Shown here piece by piece: positions 8,556 to 18,279 of a stretch of DNA of 64,000 bases. Under the pieces are notes generated by a model. The model made no database searches and had not been told where the DNA came from. It was given only the letters and a program-made list of their open reading frames with translations. Source of the DNA: Pelagibacteraceae bacterium AG-422-B15 (GTDB lineage Bacteria; Pseudomonadota; Alphaproteobacteria; Pelagibacterales; AG-422-B15); the NCBI GenBank assembly GCA_003213715.1, contig QCMN01000002.1, positions 10,038 to 74,037 on the forward strand, given 5' to 3'. Both the position numbers and the translations under genes were made by a program. Every line of letters begins with the position of its first letter. The first letter of the stretch is position 1.

Positions 8556-9611
8556 GTGTCAGAAGCTTTAAAAGTTTACGAACAGCTCTGTAAAGATAAG
8601 CATATTGAACATAATATTAAGCAAAAAGATTTAGTTATTGAATTAGATAAATTTTTGTTAGGTTCGAGCGGAAATTTTATAAAAAAACTATTTCGATACA
8701 ATTTAAATCAAAAGAAATGCTTTTATTTATACGGGGGAGTGGGCATTGGAAAAACACTCATTATGGATTTATTCTATGATGACGTAAATTTAAAAGAAAA
8801 ACAAAGAGTCCATTTTCATGAGTTTATGATTGATATACATGATCAATTACACCAACTCAGAAATGAAAAAAATTCAAGAGATTTTATAATTTCAAAACTT
8901 GTAAAAGGCATTAAATCGAAATCAAGTCTCATATTTTTTGATGAATTCCAGGTCACAAATATAGCTGACGCAATGATTCTCGGGCATTTATTTGAGGAAT
9001 TCTTTAAAAATAATATTTTAATTGTATTAACTTCTAATTCCAGCCCAGAAGACTTATACAAAGAAGGGCTGCAAAGAGAACTTTTTATTCCATTTATTAA
9101 TTTAATTAAAAATAACTCTCTAATTCATCATCTATCAATAGACATTGATTATAGAACAAGATCATTAAAAGAAGAAAAGAACTTTTTTTTATCAAATTCA
9201 CCGGTTAGCAAGCTTAAAATAAATGATATTTTTTCTATCCATTCAAATAAAACTTCAGTCGAGGATAAAGTAATAAGTGTGAAGAAGAGAAATTTTGTTG
9301 TTAAGAATTTGTCTAATAGAATAGCTCGTTTTCAATTCAATGAAATTTGTGGCGATAACAGAGGCACTGAAGACTACCTCGAGTTAATTAAATTAATTGA
9401 TAGATTAATCGTTGAAAATGTTCCAAATTTTGGAAATACAAATTCTAATCTTCAAGAAAGATTTATTAATTTAATTGATGTTCTCTATGATAATAAAATT
9501 AAATTATATTTAAGCACAGAAAAAGAAATAAGCGATCTTGGCAGTGCATATCATTTGAAAGATAAATTTAACAGAACCATAAGCAGACTTCTAGAAATGA
9601 AATCACAATAG
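8556..9611 (+). CDS. zapE: AFG1/ZapE-family ATPase
   Basis: GTG start. Walker A is LYGGVGIGKT and Walker B is LIFFDEFQV. Size of about 350 aa is typical of ZapE. Confidence 0.75.
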   Translation: MSEALKVYEQLCKDKHIEHNIKQKDLVIELDKFLLGSSGNFIKKLFRYNLNQKKCFYLYGGVGIGKTLIMDLFYDDVNLKEKQRVHFHEFMIDIHDQLHQLRNEKNSRDFIISKLVKGIKSKSSLIFFDEFQVTNIADAMILGHLFEEFFKNNILIVLTSNSSPEDLYKEGLQRELFIPFINLIKNNSLIHHLSIDIDYRTRSLKEEKNFFLSNSPVSKLKINDIFSIHSNKTSVEDKVISVKKRNFVVKNLSNRIARFQFNEICGDNRGTEDYLELIKLIDRLIVENVPNFGNTNSNLQERFINLIDVLYDNKIKLYLSTEKEISDLGSAYHLKDKFNRTISRLLEMKSQ

Positions 9612-9617
9612 TTACAA

Positions 9618-10853
9618 ATGAAAATAGCAGTAATAGGAGCGGGAATTGTTGGCATTTCTTCAGCTAATTGGCTTAAGAAGTACGGTCAAGATGTGACCTT
9701 GTATGACATGAATGATCCTGGATCACAGGCAAGTTACGGCAATGCTGGAACTTATGCAAAATATGCAAATATACCAACTAATTCATCATCCTATTTTTAT
9801 TTATTTCCATATTTATTGCTAAACAAAAACAGCCCCTTATTCATTAGCCTAAAACGATTAAGCGAGACATTTCCATGGATTATTAAATACTTGAGCAATT
9901 GCAGAAATGAAAAAGTTAACCACACCGTTCAACATTTAACAACTTTACTGTCACATATGGATGATGGTTATGAAGATCTATTCAACGAAGCAAATGCAGA
10001 AGATTATATATCAAGAGAGTCTATCATGTATGGATGGTCTACAAAATTATTTTTTAATGCTGCAAAACAAGATTTTCCTAAAAGAGAAGAAACAGGTGTT
10101 AAAATAACAACTCTAAGTCGAGATGATATTTCTGATCTTGAACCTAATATTAATAATATCTTTTACAAAGGGGCCTTATTTGAAGGTAGTTATTTTGCAA
10201 AAAGTCCGATCAAGGTTAGCGAAGCATTAATGAAACTGTTTATTAAAAAAGGAGGAAAATTCAAAAAAGAGAAAGTTATATCCATCAAAAAAACTGAAAC
10301 TAATCAAATAAATATTAAAACAAACTCAGAAGAGACCCTGCACGATAGAGTCGTGATTACATCTGGAGTATGGTCTAATGATCTGCTTAAACATATAGGC
10401 GACAAAGTGCCACTGGAAGCTGAAAGGGGTTACCATTTAGTCAATCCAGAATTGAAGAATATTGTAAAAAGACCAATATCTTGGCAAGAACGAGGAACAT
10501 ATTTTACACCTATGTCTGACGGTCTAAGAACGGGTGGAATTGTTGAATTTGGAGCTTTAAATGAAACAAAAAATGAAAGAGTTCTTAACTTTTTAAACCG
10601 AGCATTAAAGGAAGTTTTTCCCTTAGCAGACCTTCCTCAAAAAACATGGGTAGGGTTTAGGCCGTCGGTGCCTGACTCTCTTCCAGTGATTGGACAATCT
10701 CCAAAAAACCCTTATATTTATTATAATTTTGGCCATCAACATATTGGGTGGTCATTAGGTGGCATATCAGGAAAACTGGTTGCACAACAAATTTGCGCAA
10801 ACAATACAGATTTAGATTTGTCACCGTATTCTGTAAAGAGGTTTAAGTTATGA
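9618..10853 (+). CDS. FAD-dependent oxidoreductase, DAO/DadA-like
   Basis: MKIAVIGAGIVGISSANWLKKYG dinucleotide fold. 411 aa. The stop overlaps the soxB start (ATGA). Confidence 0.7.
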   Translation: MKIAVIGAGIVGISSANWLKKYGQDVTLYDMNDPGSQASYGNAGTYAKYANIPTNSSSYFYLFPYLLLNKNSPLFISLKRLSETFPWIIKYLSNCRNEKVNHTVQHLTTLLSHMDDGYEDLFNEANAEDYISRESIMYGWSTKLFFNAAKQDFPKREETGVKITTLSRDDISDLEPNINNIFYKGALFEGSYFAKSPIKVSEALMKLFIKKGGKFKKEKVISIKKTETNQINIKTNSEETLHDRVVITSGVWSNDLLKHIGDKVPLEAERGYHLVNPELKNIVKRPISWQERGTYFTPMSDGLRTGGIVEFGALNETKNERVLNFLNRALKEVFPLADLPQKTWVGFRPSVPDSLPVIGQSPKNPYIYYNFGHQHIGWSLGGISGKLVAQQICANNTDLDLSPYSVKRFKL

Positions 10854-12091
10854 AATACTCACTATACAATTTAGTTAAGAATTCATTTTCTTATCATGAG
10901 AATTGGGAAAAAGCATGGAGCAGTCCTGATCTTAAACCTGAATATGATGTAGTAATAGTTGGAGGTGGCGGTCATGGATTAGGAACTGCCTATTACCTAG
11001 CAAAAGAATTTGGTGTTAAAAATATTGCTGTTCTTGAGAAGGGATGGATTGGTGGGGGTAATACTGGACGTAACACAACCATAATAAGATCAAATTACTT
11101 ATGGGATGAAAGTGCAGCTCTTTATAATCATGCTGTTAATTTATGGGAAGGCCTTTCTAGTGAGCTTAACTTTAATGTAATGTTTTCACAAAGAGGTTTA
11201 TTTCACTTAGCGCACTCGGTTCATGACATGCAAGAAATCACAAGGAGAGGTTATTCTAATTATTTAAATGGTATTGACGCTGAAATTCTAAATCAGGATC
11301 AAGTTGCAAAAAAAATACCTCATATTAATGTTAATGGCAGGTATCCTGTTTTAGGGGCCTTACTTCAGAGGCGAGCAGGAACAGCGCGTCATGATGCTGT
11401 AGCATGGGGGTATGCACGAGCGGCAGAAAATCTTGGTGTCGATATAATTCAAAACTGTGAGGTTAAAGGAATAGATATATCAAATGGCAAGGTTGTTGGA
11501 TTACAAACAACAAAAGGTTCTGTTAAAGTTGATAAAGTTGGTCTCGTACCTGCTGGACACTCCTCAGTATTAGCTAATATGGCAGGTTTTTCTCTCCCAA
11601 TAAACTCTGTACCCTTACAGGCTTTAGTAAGCGAGCCTGTTAAACCAATTCTGGATTGTGTCATCATGTCAAACTCCGTTCATGTTTATGTAAGTCAATC
11701 AGATAAAGGTGAACTAGTTGTTGGAGCAGGTTCTGATGCCTATAACTCATATTCTCAGCGAGGATCCTTTGATATGATTGAACATATGATGGCTCCCTTA
11801 GTTGAATTATTTCCAATATTCTCAAGACTTAAAATGCTTCGCAGCTGGGGAGGCATTGTAGATGTAACCCCAGATAGAAGCCCAATAATAGGCAAGACCC
11901 CTGTAAAAGACTTATTTATTAACTGCGGTTGGGGAACTGGGGGATTCAAAGCAACTCCAGGGTCAGCTCATGTATTTGCTGAGACAGTTTTTAGAGGAGA
12001 GCCAAATGATATTGCAGCTCCTTTTTCATTAGAAAGACATTTCTCAGGAGCCTTAGTTGATGAAGCTGCAGCGGCAGCAGTTGCTCATTAA
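10850..12091 (+). CDS. soxB: Heterotetrameric sarcosine oxidase, beta subunit
   Basis: DVVIVGGGGHGLGTAYYLAKEFG. 413 aa, followed by delta/alpha/gamma-sized genes in the canonical soxBDAG order. Confidence 0.85.
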   Translation: MKYSLYNLVKNSFSYHENWEKAWSSPDLKPEYDVVIVGGGGHGLGTAYYLAKEFGVKNIAVLEKGWIGGGNTGRNTTIIRSNYLWDESAALYNHAVNLWEGLSSELNFNVMFSQRGLFHLAHSVHDMQEITRRGYSNYLNGIDAEILNQDQVAKKIPHINVNGRYPVLGALLQRRAGTARHDAVAWGYARAAENLGVDIIQNCEVKGIDISNGKVVGLQTTKGSVKVDKVGLVPAGHSSVLANMAGFSLPINSVPLQALVSEPVKPILDCVIMSNSVHVYVSQSDKGELVVGAGSDAYNSYSQRGSFDMIEHMMAPLVELFPIFSRLKMLRSWGGIVDVTPDRSPIIGKTPVKDLFINCGWGTGGFKATPGSAHVFAETVFRGEPNDIAAPFSLERHFSGALVDEAAAAAVAH

Positions 12092-12102
12092 TTATTTTTT
12101 TT

Positions 12103-12387
12103 ATGTTTATAATTAATTGTCCATATTGTGGGGAAAGAGATCAGACAGAATTCACATGTCACGGCGAAGCTCACATTGCAAGGCCAGATAACCCATCTGA
12201 AATAAGTGATGAAGAATGGGGCAAGTATCTTTTTTTTAGAGAAAATCCAAAAGGAACCCATTTTGAAAGATGGACTCACGATCATGGATGCAGACGATGG
12301 TTTAATGTAATGAGAGACACTGTCACAGATCAAATAATAAAAACATATAAAATGGGTGAAGCGAAGCCGGTGATATCAAATGAGTAA
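12103..12387 (+). CDS. soxD: Sarcosine oxidase, delta subunit
   Basis: 94 aa, with the CPYCGERDQTEFTCHGEAH zinc-binding N-terminus typical of SoxD. Confidence 0.85.
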   Translation: MFIINCPYCGERDQTEFTCHGEAHIARPDNPSEISDEEWGKYLFFRENPKGTHFERWTHDHGCRRWFNVMRDTVTDQIIKTYKMGEAKPVISNE

Positions 12388-15385
12388 TCAAAATAGGACA
12401 ATTTACGGCGGTAAAGTAAACAGGGAAAAGCCAATTAACTTTGTTTTTAATGGAAAGTCTTATATTGGGTATCAGGGCGATACGTTAGCTTCTGCGTTAT
12501 TAGCTAACGATGTTCATTTAATAGGTAGAAGTTTTAAGTATCATCGCGCAAGAGGAATTTTAACTGCAGGTTCAGAGGAGCCAAATGCAATTGTTCAATT
12601 AGGACTTGGAGCACGAACAGAGCCAAATATTCGTGCAACAGAAGTAGAGCTTTATGAAGGTCTAGAAGCTTCTAGTCAAAATTGTTGGCCATCAGTTAAT
12701 TTTGACATTGGAGCAATGAACAACTTTCTATCAAGAATATTCCCTGCAGGTTTTTATTACAAAACATTTAAATGGCCTCCAAGCATGTGGTTATTTTATG
12801 AGCATTTCATAAGAAAAGCTGCTGGGTTAGGTCAGTCACCTACAGCAAAAAACCCAGATAGATATGAACAGAAATTTTATTACACTGATATCACTATTGT
12901 AGGTGGTGGCATCTCAGGTTTACTCGCAGCTTTGGGCGCAGGTCGATCGGGGTGTAAAGTTTTGCTTATAGATGAAAATCCCGAATTAGGAGGATATCTC
13001 CTCGATTATAATTTTAGTATCAATGAAAAAGACGGAAAAAAATGGCTGAAAAAAATCATAGATGAATTAAACGGCTTAGCTAATGTTGTAATTCTCAAAA
13101 GAACCACCGCAATGGGGTATTATGATTACAACTATTTAACGGCTTTAGAAAAAGTTACTAATCACCATGTAGAATTTTCAAGCACTTTACCAAGAGAGAG
13201 ATATTGGCGCATACGTTCAAAAAAAGTTATTTTGGCACAAGGAGCTTTTGAAAGACCACTTGTTTTTGCCGACAATGATAGACCTGGTATCATGATGGCG
13301 TCTGCAGGTCAAAAGTATCTCTCTAGGTACGGAGTATTACCAGGTAAGTCAGTTGTACTTTTTACAAACAATGACCATGCTTATTTAACCGCTTTTGAGT
13401 TTGTTGAAAAGGGGGCTAAAGTAACAGTCGTAGATACAAGAGATCTTTTAAATGCAAGAATTAGTGAAAAGTGTAAATCATTAAATATAACAGTTTTTAA
13501 GTCATATTCAGTTATTAAGACCTATGGTGATAAGAAAGTAAATAGAATAGAAATACAGCAAGTTGATAAAAATCAAAATCAACTAACAGGAGAAGTTGAA
13601 AATATTCATACTGATTGTGTATTAATGTCTGGTGGATGGAATCCAGCAGTCCAACTGTTCAGCCAATCAAGAGGTAAACTAAAATATGATCTAAAGATAA
13701 ATACTTTTGTTCCTGATAAAATCATCGAAAACCAAAAAATAATTGGTTCGAATAATGGTCAGTTTAATCTGCAAGAAAATCTTAATGAATCATTTGAAGC
13801 AGGAATAGCAGCAGCTAATGAACTTAATTTCAATAGCGTTGAAAAAGTTAATTGGACTGGAAAAGAAGAGATAGAGTTCACACATTCTGATGTTGAGCCA
13901 TATATGTTAGGTAAGAAAAAAGTTACAAAAGGATCTAAACATTTCATTGATTTTCAAAACGATGTAACTGCTGCAGATATTTTTCTAGCGCAACGAGAAG
14001 GCTACATCAGTGTAGAACATACAAAAAGGTACACAACAACAGGGATGGGCACTGACCAAGGAAAAACATCCAATGTTAATGCATTGGCTTTGATGTCTCA
14101 TATTCATAATAAACCTGTAGACGAAATAGGTCACACAACTTTTAGACCGCCTTATGCCCCTCAGACGATTGGAGCTATAGCCGGAAGAAGCGTTGACAAG
14201 CTTTTTGACCCTGAACGAAAAACATCAATGCATGAATGGCATGTTGAAAATAAAGCTGTATTTGAGGATGTTGGGCAATGGAAAAGACCATATTATTTTC
14301 CTCAAAACAAAGAGGATATTCACCAAGCAGTCAAAAGAGAATGTTTAGCAGTAAGAAATAGCTTGGGCATATTAGATGCATCAACCCTTGGAAAGATTGA
14401 TCTTCAAGGGCCTGATGCCGCCAAATTCCTCAATATGATTTATACAAACGCTTGGTCAAAACTTGAAATCGGCTCATGCAGATACGGATTAATGTGCAAT
14501 GAGCATGGCATGATATTTGATGATGGGGTTACAAGTAGGTTGGGAGAAAATCACTATCACATGACAACGACAACTGGTGGCGCTGCGAGAGTAATGTCCT
14601 GGTTAGAAGAATTTCTACAAACAGAATGGCTTGATATGAGAGTATTTTGCACCTCAGTTACTGAACAGTGGGCTGTGCTATCTATATCGGGACCAAATTC
14701 AAGAGAATTTTTAAAAGATTTAACAAATATTGATTTATCAAAAGAAAATTTTCCATTCATGAAATTTAGAGAAGGAGAAGTTTGCGGAGTTAAAGCAAGA
14801 ATATTCAGAATTAGCTTTACTGGAGAGTTAAGCTATGAGGTAAATGTTCCTGCACGATATGGACGTTATGTTTGGGAAAAATTTATGGAACATGGGAAAA
14901 AATACAATATTACTCCATATGGTACAGAGACAATGCATGTATTGCGAGCTGAAAAAGGATTTATAATCGTTGGACAAGATACAGATGGAAGTGTCACACC
15001 AAGTGATATGAATATGGATTGGATCGTTTCAAAAAAGAAAGAAGATTTTCTTGGAAAGAGATCCTTTACGAGACCTGATACCGTTAGACATGATAGAAAA
15101 AAATTTGTTGGACTCTTAGTTAACGACAAAAAAACGATCCTTCCGGAAGGATCACATATCGTTGAAAAGGCATTAAAACAGCCACCGATGAAAATGTTAG
15201 GACATGTTACATCTAGTTATTACAGTCCTACTTTAGGTTATCCAATCGCTCTAGCGATGTTAAAAGATGGCTTTAGTAAAATGGGTGAACAAGTAGTTGT
15301 ACCACTTATGAATGGCAAGATTATTGAAGCTACTGTGACAGATACAATATTCTACGACAAAGAAGGTAAGAGAAATAATGAGTAA
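12380..15385 (+). CDS. soxA: Sarcosine oxidase, alpha subunit
   Basis: 1001 aa. NAD/FAD fold IVGGGISGLLAALGAGRSG and a C-terminal GcvT-like folate domain. 8-nt overlaps with soxD and soxG. Confidence 0.85.
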   Translation: MSNQNRTIYGGKVNREKPINFVFNGKSYIGYQGDTLASALLANDVHLIGRSFKYHRARGILTAGSEEPNAIVQLGLGARTEPNIRATEVELYEGLEASSQNCWPSVNFDIGAMNNFLSRIFPAGFYYKTFKWPPSMWLFYEHFIRKAAGLGQSPTAKNPDRYEQKFYYTDITIVGGGISGLLAALGAGRSGCKVLLIDENPELGGYLLDYNFSINEKDGKKWLKKIIDELNGLANVVILKRTTAMGYYDYNYLTALEKVTNHHVEFSSTLPRERYWRIRSKKVILAQGAFERPLVFADNDRPGIMMASAGQKYLSRYGVLPGKSVVLFTNNDHAYLTAFEFVEKGAKVTVVDTRDLLNARISEKCKSLNITVFKSYSVIKTYGDKKVNRIEIQQVDKNQNQLTGEVENIHTDCVLMSGGWNPAVQLFSQSRGKLKYDLKINTFVPDKIIENQKIIGSNNGQFNLQENLNESFEAGIAAANELNFNSVEKVNWTGKEEIEFTHSDVEPYMLGKKKVTKGSKHFIDFQNDVTAADIFLAQREGYISVEHTKRYTTTGMGTDQGKTSNVNALALMSHIHNKPVDEIGHTTFRPPYAPQTIGAIAGRSVDKLFDPERKTSMHEWHVENKAVFEDVGQWKRPYYFPQNKEDIHQAVKRECLAVRNSLGILDASTLGKIDLQGPDAAKFLNMIYTNAWSKLEIGSCRYGLMCNEHGMIFDDGVTSRLGENHYHMTTTTGGAARVMSWLEEFLQTEWLDMRVFCTSVTEQWAVLSISGPNSREFLKDLTNIDLSKENFPFMKFREGEVCGVKARIFRISFTGELSYEVNVPARYGRYVWEKFMEHGKKYNITPYGTETMHVLRAEKGFIIVGQDTDGSVTPSDMNMDWIVSKKKEDFLGKRSFTRPDTVRHDRKKFVGLLVNDKKTILPEGSHIVEKALKQPPMKMLGHVTSSYYSPTLGYPIALAMLKDGFSKMGEQVVVPLMNGKIIEATVTDTIFYDKEGKRNNE

Positions 15386-15962
15386 TCAACCTCAAATTTT
15401 TTCCCCTCTTACACAAAAAGAAAAAATCGCTTCGGATAATATTTCATTGGAGCTAATTGATTTTATAGGAAAAATTAATGTGAGATTAAAGGAAGATGAT
15501 GTGCAAGCAAGAGATGCAGTAGAAAAATACCTTACATATAGCCTTCCAAAAAGTGCTGGTGAAGTCACTGGAAATAATGAGACTAGAGTTTTGTGGTTAG
15601 GACCAAATGAATATTTGTTATTAAGTGAAGATGAAAAAAAAGACAATGTTATCAATGGATTAAGAGAAATACTTTCAGATTCATTTTGCGCAATTACCGA
15701 TGTATCTGATTATTATTTGACGATGAGGCTTAGTGGCCCAAAAAGTATTGAAGTCTTAACAAAAGCTTGCCCTCTTAATTTTGATCAATATCTCACAAAA
15801 GGGAATTCTTGCGCTCAATCATATATAAGTAAGGCAACAGTCCTCATTGACAGATTATCAGATGACCTAGTTTTTGATATATCAGTTAGATGGAGTTTTG
15901 CTGATTATTTATGGGATTGGTTAGCGGATTCAAGCAATGAATTTATTTTAAGCGAAAAGTAA
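15378..15962 (+). CDS. soxG: Sarcosine oxidase, gamma subunit
   Basis: 194 aa, directly after soxA. Assignment rests mainly on size and operon position. Confidence 0.65.
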   Translation: MSNQPQIFSPLTQKEKIASDNISLELIDFIGKINVRLKEDDVQARDAVEKYLTYSLPKSAGEVTGNNETRVLWLGPNEYLLLSEDEKKDNVINGLREILSDSFCAITDVSDYYLTMRLSGPKSIEVLTKACPLNFDQYLTKGNSCAQSYISKATVLIDRLSDDLVFDISVRWSFADYLWDWLADSSNEFILSEK

Positions 15963-15967
15963 ATATT

Positions 15968-16315
15968 GTGAAAGTATCATTATTACTTGCTTTATCTCGA
16001 TCAGTTTTTAAAAAATGCCCGCAATGCGGAGAAGAAAAAATTTATAAGCAATATTTGAAACTAAAGCCTAATTGCAATAATTGTAATGAAAAGCTTTCAA
16101 TTTATAGAACGGATGATTTTGGTCCTTGGCTTACAATTATTATTGTTGGACACATCATTGTTCCTTTAGTTTTATATATAGAACAAAACTATTCACCTCA
16201 GTTATGGTTGCAGGCAATTACATGGATACCAATTACAATAATGACTGTGCTTTATATGCTTCCGATATCAAAAAGTATATGCCTGGCTATATTATGGAGC
16301 TTAAGGGATAAATAA
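15968..16315 (+). CDS. DUF983-type small membrane protein with a zinc ribbon
   Basis: GTG start. CPQCGE...CNNCNE followed by DDFGPWLTIIIVGHIIVPL and two TM helices. Confidence 0.6.
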   Translation: MKVSLLLALSRSVFKKCPQCGEEKIYKQYLKLKPNCNNCNEKLSIYRTDDFGPWLTIIIVGHIIVPLVLYIEQNYSPQLWLQAITWIPITIMTVLYMLPISKSICLAILWSLRDK

Positions 16316-16317
16316 TT

Positions 16318-17340
16318 ATGAGATTGGTTTTGTTGTTCTTATTTTTATTTTATTCAGCGCCTGCAAGCACTGAAAACCTGTCACAAACCCCGGCACATCA
16401 TTTATCGGATGGAACTTATGCAAACACTAATGGAGTACCATATGAAAGTAGTTTTAAAAAACTAATGCAATGGAGTTGGGAGAGAAGAAGTAAGGATTTA
16501 TCGATATTTAAATTTGAAATGGAGAAACCAAATTTTAAAGAAATATATAACAATGATAACATTGTTACTACATGGATCGGGCATGAGACTTTTTTATATC
16601 AAAACAAGGATATAAATGTGCTTACAGATCCACATTTTACTGATCGAGCCTCACCATTAAGTTTTGCTGGACCAAAGAGATATATGCCACCCGGTATGGA
16701 AATTGATGATTTACCAAACATTGACGTCGTAACAATTTCTCATAGTCATTATGACCACCTTGATTATAGAAGCGTGAAATTAATCTCGGAAAAATACGAA
16801 GATGTTCTTTTTTTAGTTCCACTGGGTCTCGAAGAATGGTTCATAAATAAAGGGATAAAAAATGTGAGAGAACTAGATTGGTGGGACTCAATTAAAGTAA
16901 GTGAAACAGAAATTACTTTTGCTCCTGTGCAACATTGGTCGGCAAGGGGCTTATTTGATAGAAATGAAACTTTATGGGGAGCTTGGCATTTTAAAAACTA
17001 TTATCACAGCTTTATTCATTTAGGTGATACAGGCTATTCTGATGATTTTAAAGAAATCAGAAAAAGATTGGGGTCAGTTGATTTAGCTGCTATTCCAATC
17101 GGTGCTTACGAGCCAAGATGGATCATGGAAGTTTCACACATGAATCCTGAAGAGGCAGTTATGTCTTTCTTAGATTTAGAAGCTTCTAAAGCCATTGGTA
17201 TGTCTTGGGGAACATTTATTTTAACCGATGAGCCTGTAAGAGAGCCGCCTCAAAAATTAATTGAAGTCGTCTCAAAATACAATATTTCTCAAGATAGATT
17301 TTTCACATTAAAGCATGGAGAAACTTATTTGGATAATTGA
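16318..17340 (+). CDS. Secreted metallo-beta-lactamase-fold hydrolase (NAPE-PLD-like)
   Basis: Signal peptide, the HxHxDH motif (ISHSHYDHLD) and a later His/Asp ligand region (HLGDTGY). Confidence 0.65.
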   Translation: MRLVLLFLFLFYSAPASTENLSQTPAHHLSDGTYANTNGVPYESSFKKLMQWSWERRSKDLSIFKFEMEKPNFKEIYNNDNIVTTWIGHETFLYQNKDINVLTDPHFTDRASPLSFAGPKRYMPPGMEIDDLPNIDVVTISHSHYDHLDYRSVKLISEKYEDVLFLVPLGLEEWFINKGIKNVRELDWWDSIKVSETEITFAPVQHWSARGLFDRNETLWGAWHFKNYYHSFIHLGDTGYSDDFKEIRKRLGSVDLAAIPIGAYEPRWIMEVSHMNPEEAVMSFLDLEASKAIGMSWGTFILTDEPVREPPQKLIEVVSKYNISQDRFFTLKHGETYLDN

Positions 17341-18215
17341 AGTTTAATTTTTGAAAGTAAGTAAAGAGACAAAAAAGAAATATAAAAGCCTAATATTAAT
17401 GAACTTAAAGCCGTTTCAAGCTCTAGAGATAAGTTCACTTTTTCAAAAGCTAAATTTAGATATTCATTAAATAAAAGAAATAAAACTAATGCCAAAATGC
17501 ATGATGCGTAGTGAGCAATTGCATTAGAAGTACGAACAAAATTAAATTGTTTGTGGTCAATATCTTTGCCGATAAAGAAACCAATCATTAGACCTCCGAT
17601 TGCTATTGCCGCTTCATTTCCATGCGCGGTCGGCCATGTAAGGTAAAATAAAAGAAAGATTACAACCAATGATAGATATTTTGTAAAGGTATTAAATGTA
17701 ATATTTCCTCTCTCAATGTTTTTGTAGATAAGGTCTGCAATATAAAGAGTAACTAATCCAACAACCAAGCCTCCTAAAATATCCCCAATGTCATGAACTC
17801 CCAAGTAAACTCGGCTTAGAGGCACTCCAAAGAGAAAAATTATTGAAAGTGATTTCACAAATACATTTTTCACATTTAAGGCTATATAAAGCCAAATCAC
17901 GACCGCAATTTGAGTGTGACCGCTCGGAAACCCGAATGAAGTATCAGTTTGGAGCCATGGATCAATATTAAGAGCAAAATCTGGCCTTGGATCTTGAAAA
18001 ATATCTTTCAGAAATGAATTTATAATTGCGGAAAAGAAAACTATTACAAGAAGCTTGCCAAAAACTTTTCGGTCATAACACCAATAAATAAACGGGATAA
18101 ACATGAATAAAAAATCTCGATATCCCAACCATGTAAAAAATTCAAATATAGGAGTTAAATAGGGTGTTCGAATATTGACTACCCAACTAATGTCATTAAG
18201 TAAACTATAAATCAT
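17325..18215 (-). CDS. PAP2-family (type 2 phosphatidic acid/lipid phosphate) phosphatase, integral membrane
   Basis: The three PAP2 motifs are present: KDIFQDPRP, FPSGHT and SRVYLGVHDIGD. Multiple TM segments. Confidence 0.8.
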   Translation of the reverse strand: MIYSLLNDISWVVNIRTPYLTPIFEFFTWLGYRDFLFMFIPFIYWCYDRKVFGKLLVIVFFSAIINSFLKDIFQDPRPDFALNIDPWLQTDTSFGFPSGHTQIAVVIWLYIALNVKNVFVKSLSIIFLFGVPLSRVYLGVHDIGDILGGLVVGLVTLYIADLIYKNIERGNITFNTFTKYLSLVVIFLLFYLTWPTAHGNEAAIAIGGLMIGFFIGKDIDHKQFNFVRTSNAIAHYASCILALVLFLLFNEYLNLAFEKVNLSLELETALSSLILGFYISFLSLYLLSKIKLQLSK

Positions 18216-18279
18216 GAATATCTGTTGTATTTGTGGTTTTATTAATTATATATCAAAAAATCATTAATTAGATATTTAA

